DNA of 64,000 nt, taken from positions 3,720,001-3,784,000 of the forward strand of contig OZ281500.1 of the NCBI GenBank assembly GCA_965637545.1. Reading direction: 5' to 3'. The stretch is from Phallusia mammillata (Eukaryota). A model generated the notes under the pieces. It had not been told where the DNA came from, did no database searches, and saw only the letters and a list, made by a program, of their open reading frames with translations. Below, piece by piece: positions 36,901 to 51,900 of this stretch; within the stretch, counting starts at the first letter, position 1; every line of letters begins with the position of its first letter. The position numbers were made by a program, and so were the translations under genes.

Positions 36901-39900
36901 AACATCCAGTTTACTGCGTGGCTTGGAATCAGCGAGACTCTCATCGGCTCGCCTCTTGTTCCTCTGATGGTTACTGGTGAGTTGGCCCGATATGTGCCAC
37001 TAAGCAATGTGCGGCATAATGTTGGTTTTTGCACTGTGCATCAACTTTCCTGTGTTTTCAAAATGTGCCTCGAAAAAATAGTTTGTAAGTGTGTCCCTAT
37101 CTAAAATATTTTAGAACCACAAACCTAAAAAGGACAGTTTTATATGTATCCAGTACAAACAGCAGATATGATGTTGTTTCGACATCTTTGCCACGACTTA
37201 TAAACGTTTAGGCGAGGCCTGTAAGAGTCATAATACCCGCCCTTGTCTGAAAAATCTAGCTATTGGTGGGATTCGAACCCACGACAAACTCTACCTGGAG
37301 ATTTGCAAATGCAAAATATCTTATTACAAGTATAAAACGTTTGTTTATTGTCAAACTACAAGAAAAAACGCAAATAAGAAAGGACAAGGCCGTCAAGGTG
37401 CGACCAATAACATCCTGAGCATAATATCGCGACAAAAATTAAAAAACACCAAATGTCTTGTACAACATGATACCGATTAGGTAGTGCCCTCGTCAATAGT
37501 TCATCTCCTGCGTCACAAGCGTGACGTATAAGTTATGTCGTATTACTCGCGAAAAAATATGAAAGTTACATGGCTTTACCTGCAGTGTGGACTTGCAACG
37601 GGTAATAAATAAACAAGGATTTTTACATACATATGAGTCGCATGGAATGTTGAGTAAACTATTGGCACGATAGGAGTTCGGATTGTCTAAAGCATTTCCC
37701 TTCAAATCTTTCATCTCCATGAGCACAGACCCATGGCAATGAACACTGTTGCCAAGGTCTGCAGCAATAGGACAAATATCGACTGACTCCGGACACTTGC
37801 GGCGCCCCCATCACCTCCGCGCTTGGCTCCAGTCGCCAGCGACTGAAGGGTTGTGGTGACAACGGGCGTCTTGGTGGTTGTTTTTGTTGTTGATACAGGT
37901 TTTGGGGTAAGTGAGACGGTTTCTGCGATTGCATCATCACTGGTGACGGCAAGGGTTGGGGTGGTGACGACTGAGGTGGCTTCAGAGGTGGTAACTTCTG
38001 AAGCTGTAGTCGAGCTTGTGACGTCAGTGGTTTGTGACGCAATGCTGGCGTCACCTGCCGTTGTGGTGGTGTGACTTTCCGTGGCAAGCATTTTCGTTGT
38101 TGATGCAGCGTCGGTTTGTGTCGTTGAAACGGCAACAGTTGTTGTGGCTGTTATGACGGCATCGGTAACAGTGGTAATGACGTCACTTTCGGTAGTTTCG
38201 ACTCGTGTTTCTTCAGTTTCAGTGGTTTCCGTCATTTCAGTCTCGCTTTCCGTAGTTTCTGCTGTAGTCGGAATAATCGATGTCGTCATACTACTTGTCG
38301 ACATTGACGTCACACTGGTTGTGACGTCTGCCGTGGTGGTAGCTTCCGCAGATGTCGCTAGGGAGGTAGACTCTGCGACGGACAAAGTCTGCGTTGTTAC
38401 TTCTGCGCTGGTGCTTGTTGTGAAGTTGTCTATGTCGGTTGAGTTGTCGATGAGACCATAGTCGACCCAGTCAATACCGTCTGCAAACAAACGACAACGA
38501 TGTTAATTGCACGTTTGCGATTGTGGTTTTAAGGCCGCAAAGAGCCGGCAATTTTCAGTTTTTAAATTTTATTGCACTGTTGCAGCTATTACAAAATGTG
38601 GCAGTAAAATGGACTGAAGAATTAACGTCCACAGCTGTAACATTCTCTACATTTTTTAAGGGCCTTGTGAATGGTAATACTAACTCAGTGCCTTGAAATT
38701 TATAATAATTGTCGTATAAACAAGACATACTGTCGACTCCTTCGTCCGGACAATTAAACTCATCTTCTCCGTCGGGCAAGCAATCAATTTCACCGTCGCA
38801 GAGCCAGAACGCTGGGATGCAATTGCCTGCATTACATGCCACGTAGTCGTCGGGGCAACCTTGAACTAGAAGTACAAAATATATGAAATAGGCTTTATGC
38901 CAGGCATAATGTATAACCAAGTATTGCTCATCCAGCAGTTTTATTGTAAACAATCAACATTTCGACGTCCTATGCAAGACGCCTTCATCGGGATATAATC
39001 TATAAATATTTAATTCCAGAGCCGCCGCTTGGGCGTTATAACCCCACATTAATTTGGTCTGGTGTATATATTGCTACTTTAAAACCTAGAGCGATTTGAT
39101 TTGGTAACCACCTTGAAGAGTAGTTGTAACAGCCTGTGACGTCACTACTGATAACGTTGTTGATGATGGTTCTTCAGTTGTAGTAGTGTCGGGTCCAGAC
39201 GTGGTCAAAATTGGCGGCAAAATGTCGTTAATATCTAAAGGAAAAACAAACCGTTTATAAATTCCTATAAATGACCGGAAAAGAATTGGGTAAATTGAGA
39301 TTTTAAGTTTTATTCTCACCAGGGCAGTTTTGTTCATCGTCGTTGCCAGGGCAATCTTCCTGTCCGTCGCAGAGAAAAAACATGGGGACACATTTAGTTC
39401 CAGAGGCGCACTCGTATTCGAACTGCCCGCAGTCTACGCGAAAAAAAACCATATTTGTTTTTTGTTTTTAACAAACCCCACTGCCAAAGTATTCTACATC
39501 CACTAAGATATATGTTTCTCTTTCAAAAAGTATCTGAAGGGTATTACAAATGGCTGTTTTATGGCTTATGTTAGTTGTGTTATTGTATGAATTCATCGCT
39601 TTGGGTAAAAATGAAATTGGAGATAAGGTAGATCAGGGGTTCTTAACCAGGGGTACGTGTACCCCTTGGGGGTACGAAGCACCAAAGCAGGGGGTACGAT
39701 ATGCAGTGTGAAATTATACGCTATTTAGGCACATTTGTGAAGAATGCGTAACAATTACTTTGTTATATGTCTTTGACTGATTTGAATTTACTGATTGTTG
39801 GTGTGCTGTAAATATTGTTGAACTTACAAGACTGTTTTAATGCATGCATTCAACGCATAAGTTATAAATGCACGAAGTTTAATTCCTATTGTTACAATTT

Positions 39901-42900
39901 TGTTCACTTCCGTCAGGCTTTGTAGACAGGGGGTGCGAGAATATTTTATAAACGCTGAAAGGGTACGAGCACTAAAAAGGTTAAGAAACACTGAGGTAGA
40001 TGCTTACTTAGTGGTGGAGATGTTGCTGAAGCCGTAGTGCTGGTGGCTTGGCTTTCGACCGGTGTTTCTGAGTGAAAAACATGTAATTAGAAGTGCTGTA
40101 AAAACTAGGTCCTGTGCCTGCGGCGTACAGCAACCAAGGTCATGTCGGTTGTCGAACACTTTGATTGTTTGAGTTGCATGAAAACCACATAGTTTTTTTG
40201 TGGAAAAGTTATTTTAACAGCCAATTTGGTGTTTAGCACAAGCATGTAGTCACCTTGCGTTGTAACTGGGCTACAGCTGCCGTCTTCTATTGTGATGTCG
40301 TCAAGAGCGATATCTCCTTGATGGCTTCGACCTCTCACCCCGATAAACACAATCTGTAATTGCAAAGTATTTCGTCAATGGAAACCCTAGTTTTTGTTTG
40401 CCTGCTTGACCCTCGCACAATTTGGTAACAAAAACCAGTGTTTGTTAATTTGTTTTTGTTGCGGGCTAAACCAGTTTTGTGAAATGGAATGTCTACAATA
40501 AAACGTCTAAAAACACCATTTCTTACCCGGAATGGTTCGTTCTGGTGTGTGATGGTTAATCTTCCCTCGATCCACATTTGACCCTGGTTACCAGATTTAA
40601 ACCAACTGATGGTGCTGGTGTTGCCAACCATAATGGCAACTTTAAGAGAACCAATGCTGCTTCCATACATATGGTACCTAAAAGAAAAAGACCATTTTCA
40701 GTTTGTTCCGGAATTTTACTGGTTTCACGTTTTAAAAGAAAAATATTTTTCGCAAAACCACTTTGACGGAGCTGGCTGATATGGTTGTTTCTGCTTACCA
40801 AAATTTGAGGCACATTTCGGTGACATCAACGCCAAAAGTTTGCTCTGGGGTGATAAGAATTGCTTCGTCATCAGGTACGCGAGGCAGAGATGCTTCAATA
40901 AACGCATACTGGCCATCTGCAATGAATATTGTTTGGTGAATGAGGTGCAAAAACCAAAGTGTGCAGTCATATTTTTTTGACGTTGGTCATTATTTTACGG
41001 TTCATTAGAACTTTACCAATCAAACATCATTTTTTAACATTGTGGACGGTTGTTGTGGTTTAAATTTCTACTAAATACTATTTACGAAAAGTATGACTTC
41101 AGAGCTGGTTAATTTCAGGAGCTGTTATTTATCTGGTTCAGATTTCTTATTAGGTTAGGTTACATACTTTCATTCTTCAGTGTGTGGTCGTATGTTGGTC
41201 CGGTCATTGCTGTTCTGGTTCCGCGCTTTTGAAATTCCCAATCAAACTGGTCGTTGGGAAAACCCAAGTCAACCCATCCTTCGCACAAACCTTGCTCGAA
41301 ATCGCAGTTAAACTGATCTGCAAATTAAAATTCATTTTGCTCGTTATTGTTTGCAATTCTGTACAAAACTTTTAGAGGCATTTTGAAATGATGGTTTTAA
41401 AGATAAAACCTTCAACCATCACTGTTGTAGTACATCTACATTAGCAGTCGTTTTTGTGAGCTGGTTTAATTAAGACCAGTTTCACATTGTTTCACCATTT
41501 TGGCTGCAACTTTTTTAAAAACAAGTATAAAAATGCCAACCATCATAACTTACCAGGCGGAGTGTCTACTGCTGTCCAGGTTAGGTTAAAACCTTTAGCT
41601 TCCATATCATCGTCAGAATAGAAGGCTACAACCACACGGTTTGTGCGACTTTTAACTGGTTCAACGTCCAAATCCCCACAAAACCGAGCCTTTCCAATGT
41701 AGCGACTGGTCTGTAGCTCGTTCGTGACGTTTAGAGTAAAATCGCCAGTGACGTCATACATGACGACACCGTCGAAGGAGCACTCGGGCGGCGCGTACTC
41801 GATGTCAATACTTTCGAATTTCAACTGTGACGTCATAATAGGTAAAATTAGTAAAGGGAAGAAATTTCGTATTAGTGAAAACCCATGATTACATAATTTT
41901 TTGAACGTTATTGATAATTAATCCACCTAATAACGCTAATAGTCAACGAAAATTTATCAAAATGAACTGCATTTCTTAAACAAATACCCTATTTTAGCTA
42001 CATTGTTTTTTACAGTTTTTACAAATTAATTTGATATTATTCATTACCTGTACTTGCTTGCCGAATGGGACAGTGATTTGCCACACACAGTAGGCGCTTG
42101 GTGGGTATTTTCCTGAGCTAAATCCAGGGCTGGTTATTTCTCCGGTTACACCCATAAAGTCTCCACCGCAGTTATCTGCAAAGCATCAGAATTAAACCCA
42201 GTTCAAAGAGTGTGTATAAATATGCTACAATAAAAATTTAGGACTCAAACAAAAACGCTTGTACGCAATGTTCCTCATATTTTCAAGTGTCTGGGTGTAA
42301 ATATAAATCCTTCATAAGGAAAACATTCGTTGAAACCGGCCATGGGCATTGGTTTGTAAGTTAGCTTTTCAAACCATTTTAATAACGTTTTGGACTCCTT
42401 TAATCGAAAGTTTTAATTTCTTATTTGGGCAAATAAAATGATTACAAAATCAAGTGATTGGAACTGTACAGATAATTACGGATGACTTTGCCGGTAATCA
42501 TTGTGCTTCTCGGTCACAAATTAAGCAAGCTATTCATTAAGACTTGTTTTGTCGTAAAAAAGTTTCGTAGAAATCGAACTCATTCCTAGTAAACCGTCAC
42601 ACGCGTTCTAATCTCGAAGCAGCCATCTAAAGCACTCTCTAACCAGTCTCGCTGCTGTTGTGATGTCACAGAGGGATTTGTTTACGTCATAATTAAGCGA
42701 TCTGTCGTTACGGGGAAATCGCTACTTGGCGAACGATGATTTGTTTTTGATTCGTTTTCAATAGTTGGCCTAGATCCAAATTAATCTGTTTGTGTTTGCT
42801 GTTTTGTCTCAAAGTTCAGCCACTTTATTAGAGATATGAGAAAAGTTTTGCCTTGGAAATGTTAGCGTTCGAATTATGACTTTTTTCGTTTATGTTTAGA

Positions 42901-45900
42901 AAACTATTGTGCTATAGTTATATGAAACAGATTATGTCAGTACTGGACAATTTAAAAAGTTCAAAAAAGGCTCTTATCCAGCGGAAACTAAAAATGAAAA
43001 AATCAGATTTTCTAGACTTACGTGTTTGCTTGTTTAATACTGAAATATGCAAAACCCTAATTACTAACCCCAAAAACGAAGCTAGTGTCAAATATAAGAA
43101 AAAAACTTAACTGACGAATACATTGTCCCATATTGTCGTACTTTATTATCAAAAAGAAATAAATGATGCAAGATGCAAAACAACTTGTTAAAAAGCATAT
43201 TATCACTTGAATTATAAACCGATCCATGTAGATTATTTTAGTGCACAGAACAGTCTATTAGTCATGCATTAATTTTTTCGACTTTTAAATATGCGAAGGT
43301 GGTAATTTAGCGAAAATCAAACTACCGTTTTCCACTTGATGTAGTGCTGTACTAATTAACCATGGATGCTTGTGTCGCACGTGGACTTACAAGGCAATGA
43401 CCTTTGCAGAATTGCGACGCGCAGGCGTTCTTTTGCCTGCCTCACAGATTTCGCACGCCACACAAACCTCCAATTAAACGTTAAACTACCAGTTAGTTCC
43501 AAGTGCTTTTCGCTCTCCCGCTAAGTTGTCATTTACCTTCATATCGTTTCGAAGCGATTTTTCACCACCACAGGCATTTATGGTCACAAATACCAGTAGC
43601 CACACCAAACAATTAGTTTTATATGTAATACTACACTGACATTGTTTTGTAGTTAGCTGTGTTCAAATTTATTCGTTTCTCTTACTAACTCGTATATCAA
43701 TTTTAGGGCTTCACTATTATCATAGGATAAAATACCAACCAATATTTGTGCATAGAATATAGACTACCATGAAATTTCAATGTACAACGCTTGATATAAA
43801 ACTGTACATGCATTTTTTGGGTTGTCATTTGCTAGTGAAAGTATGTGGCTTTTTGAAAGGTGCCAAGCCTTTCTAAACCATTTACTCTTTTTGGAATGAA
43901 ATGTTCATGTTGCTAAAAAAAATGCGAAAACACATATATTGGACATTCATTTCTATGTAGACCCACAAACTTACTTGCTTCATTGATGAGTGTTTGGGCG
44001 AATGTAGACACAACCACAGACAATACAAATATAACAATCTTCATTCTTACCGACATATAAAAAAACCTTTGCACCTAAAATAAAGTCTAAATACAACAAA
44101 ATAAATTAGCGATGTTTTAAATTTAAAAATATTCTAATTGTTGCATACAGATTTAAAAAAATATATTTTCAATTCAAACGTATGATGATTTTTCGCATTT
44201 TACAAGATTATTGATTTCAATTTCGCAAATCCTCACGTAATGTTATACAAATTATTACTATACATTCAAAAACTTTCTGTCTGTACTATTTTTGTTCGCA
44301 ATCGACCTTTCAAATTCTACCCCACTGCTATACTTCACTTCACGAGCGAAAGTTTTCCATTTGAACCGCAAGCAGACCGAGCTATATGCTTTAAAGATCG
44401 CCCACCACGTCACAACAGCAATTTAATTGGGGTCGTTTAAGACTGAAAACGCGTTTTACTCGTCAAACCAACTCAGACAAGAAATTATCTCACTATCAAG
44501 GCTCCAAAACTTAATTAAACAAGCATTGGACGCTAACAAGGCGAAACCGCAATGATGTTGATTTTCGTCTGGTCACTCATATCCGCTCATTATTTCGTCA
44601 TAATTGGCAAGCAGGCGACCCGACGCAACTGGTCCACGTTTAAGCTGGCTGCGACATTTTTGACATGTAATCTAGAGACTGCGACCTTGGAAACGCTGGC
44701 AAGGTGTAATTTCAAGACACAGCTGCATTTTTCTGGCATGTCTTTACCAGGTTTGATCGCGGTAATTGAAACCTGTGTTATTATAAGTGTCAGAAACCGG
44801 AAATTGGACCTTTCCAGGAATAACTACTGCTTGGTAATTAAAAAAGAGATTTAAAAGACTTATTGTAAACTGCAATAGTTTTCTTTTCTTAACCAAAACA
44901 AGGTTTTGAAACGCGTTTTCGGTTTGTATTAATTAATATCAAAACACACAATGGTATACTGCGTTTGAACGGAATGTAAAGACAAACTTATGTAAATCTT
45001 AAACACTTTGTATAGGTTCTTTAACAAAAGTCGCTTGGCCTATCACGTAACATATCTAGTAATACAAAACTTAATTCAAATGGTTGTAACGTTTTTTTTT
45101 TTAATTCCATCTGCAAACCGTCTAATGAACTGTAGTCGACCTCACACCGCCTAATTTTCTGAAAATCTGTCGGGCGTAACATTTAATTAAATGCTGTACA
45201 GTGTGATAGAGTTTTCCGGTGTGTTGGCGAAAACATCTATTTGCATGATTTGCAAAAAGTAAGAACATGTCGCCTCTTTTCTAATTGTTTTTTTAATTGT
45301 ATCACATAACATGTAAACCACAATTTGTCGTAGAACCATATTATACCGTACATGTTTGATGTTATAAGATGCGGTTTTTAAACGTTTCTAACTGCCGTTT
45401 GTTGGGCTACATTTTTGGTCGCCAAGCCGATATTTTCGACCGCCCTGCATTTTACTACAAATTAATTTTCGCATGTATACTTAATTTACAGTATTCAAGA
45501 CCATAACATGCGGCTTGCAATCAAGGGCGGCTTGTTATTTTTAACACCTTAACTTTCGGCTTACAATCGTGTAAACACGGTTTAAATTCGTGGTTGTGAT
45601 TAAATTGCAACGAAAACATTCTAGTGGGAGATCTCAATATACCTGCATTAGATATAAAGCCCTTCTGTTATCGCAGCGCCAATGTAGATTTAAAAAGAAT
45701 AGACTTAGCTTGTTAAAAAACTGCCTGTAACGTTCTCTTATCAAACCACTACAGTAATTTATAACAAACTGCGTTAAACACCCATGCTTACAAACGAATA
45801 CCACTGCCTTTGAAATGCATCAACCCAATTGATTTAACAACGTACATCCAGAAAACCAAAGGACAACATATGATTATAAGAACTGCATTCGTCTGAATCT

Positions 45901-48900
45901 AAATGCTACACAAGCATTGGCTGACTTTTTACTCTTCTCTGTGCCTTTTTTCCAAGCAACTTTCAAACGTAAATCATTATTGAAACTTTTCAATTCCCAC
46001 AATGCCGGGGGTGCAGCGTCACGATTACGTCACAATGCCCTTCTTACACGGCGTCTGCGGCCGGTGCATTTCAAGCCCGACAACCCAGCAATTAACTATT
46101 TGAAGATTGATGTTTGTGTTATACGGTATCAATTGTAAGCAAAATTGCCATCACATTCGGTCTTTACTATTAACACCAAGTAACTTTGTATTCAATCATT
46201 CTGAGTTACATTTATTTTTGGCAAATTTGGTATTAATTTATAGTTTTCTATTTATCGATAATGCATTGAGTTCAAGGGATGATGCATAAATACGCACAAG
46301 TTTTTGAACGCCTTAACAGTAAGCGAATTGATATATTTCTTTAAAAAAGGTAGTTTGAGCAAACTATTTGTTTTGTTGTGAAACGCATGTCCAAATGCCC
46401 TCTTAACAACATCCAGCGATTTTTACAATGATTACGCTTCGGGCGTAAATCAAGGTGTAACGCGTCAAAACAGTTCCTTGAATAAATAAATAAAAACGTT
46501 TCATATAAGGTTGTATTTTTCCTTGGTATTTTTAGTAAGGTAATGTCGTTTTTTTAGTGCCCTCGTGGTTTATGCATGTCACTTTTGCGTATATCTGGGC
46601 CGTCAGATTCGTCATTCAACTTATAAACAGATCCATGTGTATTCTTCCATTATTTCAGTTTGTTTTTATCTTTATTGTAACTAAGCCTAGCTTGCTGTTA
46701 AGTAAATATGATTGCAACGAATAGCCTGCGAGCATATATAACAATTATTCATTTTTCGTTGGCGTTTGACGCATTTCGTTCATACAACGTCCAAGTAATT
46801 GCTGTGAACACTCGTTAAACGCATTTCTAAAGCCCAATAACCACAAACACCAAACAATAATAAACTAAAATGAACTTTTGATTCGTAACGGTAGACACCA
46901 CCATAAGCAAAATTACTCATACCATGTCCCACAATTCAAACCAGCCTGGCACTTTCTAATCCAGTTGCGTAAATTTCACCAACCAAGCCGTGAGCAACGT
47001 GATGGCGTTCTAACCTGATATACAGACACCTCTAAAATCACAACAGTTCCGTTGGCAACATGAACTTGTGAGGTAAATAGGCCGTTTAAACTCGATTGCA
47101 TTTGGTTAAGGCGCTTAGGAAAGCAACGATTTTACGTTTTCGACCTTTAGGTTTCGATTTTTGGCGAATTTAAGATGCCACACGTGTTTTACCTGTTATG
47201 CGATGATTTGCATGCAGATAGCGATCGTGTGAGCTGCAGTACAAATTCACCGAAAATTTGTATATGCCACCACTATGTGTTTCGTACTATAAATGCCAAG
47301 CGTCTGGTGTTAAGGCTAATACTCATTTCTTTCATAATTTTAAGCCAAGCCATTTGTCAACAAAATTAAAATAAGAAGCGTATAATTCGAAATGAAAGCA
47401 AGGTTTCCAAAGCATGCGTACCCATACTAAAAAGCAAAATGACCCTCAAAATGCACGCAAAAGATTTTTACTATTACTTGTAATGCAATCGATAAATAAC
47501 ATTCATTTTGAGCAACATTTACCAAATGGTGTTAGGTTTTCTTAGGCTTCCCCATAAAGCTGCTTGTATTAAGACAAACATTTCAACTTCCAGTTTACAG
47601 CCTTCCACGTTTTGTGGGTGTAAGACATTAAAACAGGGAGTGTAGACTTTCATGTGTCTCACCCCGCTTTCAGAAAATACCTTTCATCTCTCACTGTCGT
47701 TGCGTTAACAAACTAACTATAACCCAACGCTGTATTATTATGGGTCCTCTTCCCTGAATCTAAAAATATTCACATGATATTATTACCGCAGCCAATTCGC
47801 ATAAACACGTATGTGGGGACCCCTTTCCGCAAAAAAAAACAATCAAGTTAGTAGGTCAAATGGTGTGTTAACAGTAAGTCGCTGTGGTAAAATAGGATAT
47901 GGAATAAAAAAAACTAGGCACTATATAGGAAAGCCACCTGTTTACTTTAACTTTAGTATTAGCCAAGACGTCTGTTCTAACCGAAAATTTGGATGTCTTG
48001 TTGGAAACGGTTGTCGAAAATGCCGACCGTAAAATTTAGGAAACTTATCCTAATTGACTCAGGATGAATCTTGGTGACGTATTTATGTTTCAAACAGCCA
48101 GTGGGGAAATTTGTTGACGTTATTTTACTTTTTTTAAAAACTTTAAAACAAGACAAACGGTCAGCATGCGTTTGGCACACTTGTATGGTAATTGCGATGC
48201 ACGGCAGACATTTTGACTTGTTGCCTTTCTTACAAAACTGTAGTTTTTAAATTCCAGTTTCCCAAAACAAAGGTTGGCGTTTCACGACTTAAATTGTCGT
48301 CTGCATTTTTAGGAAAAGTTATTGAGTTTGTTGTTTCGAAAGAAATCTTAATTTGTCCCAAACTGCTTACAAAAAGTCTATTGCACGTGGAAAGATAGTA
48401 ATAGTAACATATGGACGAAATAAATTTTATGCGCCTGTATGTTTTTGCATTCCACATAGATTTGTACAGTGCCAAATATAATTTTGCGATAAATTAACGC
48501 AAAATTTAAACCTGTTTCATAACACATTGGAAACGGTTTTTGCAGTTCGTGTCACATCTCAAACAATATATGGTTACAATTTTAATCCTTTCTTTCTTAA
48601 ATGAATTAATTTTGACCAAACCTCCGAAGGCAAAACGGTTTTGACTTTCTTTTGTGGCAATGAGGGTCATGTGGCTTGTCAACAAAAGCCTCAACGCAGC
48701 CTGTGCACACGTGATTTAGATTGGTTTCTGCCACGTGTGTCCGTCACGATAATTGTACCAAAACTCTGTAAATTGTCGACATGTTGCAATGTCTGGAAGT
48801 CATGACTCAAAAACGTGCTCAGGACTCATTTTATCATGGAAAAGATTTACAAATTCATTTTGTCCATTTTGTTGGAATATTAATAGCCTTTTGTTGCAAC

Positions 48901-51900
48901 AAATTATAAGTAGGTACATGAACGTAAAACGTAAATCAAGACGTTCTCGGCGTTCTTCTTTCGTTAACCCCTTGGCAGAGATGAAAGTCGATCAATGTTT
49001 GCGTGAAATTAGGCGACTTTTTAATATTGTCCTATTTTAGCAATAGGGTCAATAAAGTTGTATGCGGTCCTGAAATTGAGGCCAGAGCCCGAAAGTACAA
49101 GCCCGAAACCACACCTAAGCCCGCATTAGGCCACAATTTGGGAAACTTTAGCGTAAATGAGCCAGAGTTTAAAGTCAGGCCCACATAAAACATTTTTTTC
49201 AACTTAAACCCGAACTCGACCCGAAAATTCCGGCCCGACTTACAAACTTGAGATAGCCGTGTTCGCTCGAAGCATTAGCCATACTACGAACAAGATAAAA
49301 AATATTTTTAATGCAAAGTTTCCACCGACACAGTAAATTAAAGTGGTTCGCAATCTCTTAAAGGCACTTGTTAGACTTCGGACAAAAGTCTTCACGGCAA
49401 TCGATAAACACATACAAGTAAACCGCAATTTCAAATCGACCACCTGGATTTGAAAACACAATAAAACTGCGTCCTTTGTTTCACGATTGCTGCGTTGCAA
49501 CGCGCGTCTTGAGAACGCTGCCAGATGAGCAACTTAAAAGAACTATTTCCTGGTGTGCTTTCACACTAGCAATTAACTACTTTAATGCCTTTGTGGACGA
49601 TTTTGTGGCTCTTTTTCGCATTCTTTTGATGTTTGTTATGATGTAAGCCGCGATAAACGATTTAGGACTCTTTTCGAATCAATATGTGGTATGGTTGTTA
49701 TGTAAGTTGCCTTATCTTTTGATTAAGTCCCTACGTTTCGGACAACAAAATCAAAAAAAAATTAAACGCAATACTAACGAACGATGCTGAAATAAATCTA
49801 AAACTTGAACAACGTATGTAAATAAAAATGTTAAGACGGAAACTGACGATGGCATTTAAATAGGCGAAAATAATATTTCTGTTCGAACTTAGAGATTTCA
49901 CTGACGCTGATCGTCTGCCGCTCCTTTTGTTTAATTTTGGATAAACAACAATCATTAACCTTTATTTCTATTTGACTATTTGTAAATCAGTTTCATTTCT
50001 TTAAACTCTTTTAAGTAACTGCTTTAAACAAACTGTTAAAACAAAGGATTTAACCCATTATAGTGATTTTTGTCCACTCTACCGCTTTCTTCAAAATTAT
50101 ACGAAGGTTTAAGAAGTTTTGCACCTGTTTTAAGTTTACAGGATTTTTTTTACAACACATCAACATTAAACAGCTCCAAATTTATTCTTTTCATTTTCCA
50201 AAGTAGTTACAACCTTTTCAGTTACTGGGCCTGTTTAGGTTAATATTACTATTATAATCATTAATCAAACGATATATAACTCTCTAAGAAGCTACTGACG
50301 TTTCTTTCTGATATTTCACAACTACGCATCAAATGTAATGGAATCAATTTCACCGATCTATTAGCTTTGACAATTTTCACCATGACCCAGTTTTCGACCT
50401 AACCAACACCTGTCGCAAAATATGAACGCGTGCCCCCGTTTTTTGTCCAATCCCCGTCTTTGTATGCAATATTAATGCAAAAACACAGAGCCGGACATAT
50501 GTGTATTACTGGGAAATTAACCATTTTTACTAATTACTACACTAAGCATGCTGTTTAGGATAATGCAATGATAGTCTTATGCTGTAATATGTTGTGATTG
50601 CATCAAAAAATTACAAGAATGGTTTTGTTCTTGGGTACGTTTTCTGTCATGGACAATTCCAAGTTATTATGGGGTTAAAAATTTAGTAAGACTAGTTTTA
50701 CTTTACTTACAAAATAAGTTAAACCCGTTTAAAATTTATATTTGCAAACATTTTTCAAAAGGAGATTCTTTTGATAATGATATGTTATTGTTGAAACAAT
50801 AAAAGTGTATTAACCGACCTGGACAAATGGCCATGTGTGGTTCGTTCCACTGACGATTTTTCTTGCGCAGCGTCGTGCGTCGGATGGACGGGGAAGAGCT
50901 GAAACGATTTCAACATCCCGATGAAGCGGTCGGCTGTGATTGGAGCATCGTTGATAAGTAAGTCACGTGATCACCAATGTAGTTACTGTCCAAACAGTAA
51001 TATAACTGATTGACTGATAAAACTACGTCTGTGCTACACCGGGCAATTTCTGACACTGTTTAAATATAAACTTGGCAGCACAAAGAATTGTCAAAGCAGG
51101 GTCACGAATTTAAAAGTACTGACTCTTTGACAGTTCGTTTGGTCTTTTTTATCAACCCCTATGCTGTTGAGTTACTCTGGAGGTTGGTGTGTAAAACTGT
51201 ATGAATACGATTTTGGAAGTTTTTTTAATGCTGATATCATTTTTAGTGCAACGTGGTGTAAAGTTGTTGCTACATCAGATCTAGAGTATATGTTTTTGAT
51301 TTTTACATCGTCTGCTTAATGTGTTCTTTTTAACTTTTGCGCGATAATTAAAACTGTTGGGAATATAGGTAACCTGGTTTATGTTATGTCTCACTGAAAC
51401 CTTTCCTAACACTATTGCGAAATTGATCGTAAAAGCGATTCGTTCGATTGTTGTGGCAATAAACAACAAAACAGCACGGTACCACGTGTTTAGTTTCAAA
51501 CTTTGTCAGTTTAATTTTTGTTTCAGAGATTTGCTGGCAACCGGTTGTCAAGATGGAATCGTTCGCGTCTGGAACATGTTAGCCAAGAACAATTCTCACT
51601 ACAGGGCGCTAAAGGGCCACACATCAAGAGTGTTTCATGTTCGGTGGCATCCCCTAATCCGAAACCTGTTGGCAAGCGGTTCTGATGACACGTAAGCGTT
51701 TGAGTGATATTTTTAGAAAACGCTGTTTAAAGCGGTCAGGTGCCACATCCCTAACCCCTTTTCATAGCCATTGTCTTCTTTATGCAGGGTTGCCATACCC
51801 TTATTTTTAAGTTTTGTCCTTATTATGAAGGGCAATGTCTCAGAAAAATTTCTTGTCCCTATTTCTAAAAAATATCCTTGTTTTTGACTTGAATCATTAT

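Noticed and set aside
37659-38461. ORFs 37659-38135 (-), 37853-38074 (+) and 38081-38461 (+)
   Set aside because: Alternative-frame and antisense shadows of the Thr-rich mucin exon.
43390-43470. Exon-like segment with a gtaagt donor inside intron 1 of the nested gene
   Set aside because: The frame required by the phase-1 junction hits a stop and no upstream ATG is in frame; at most a non-coding alternative exon.
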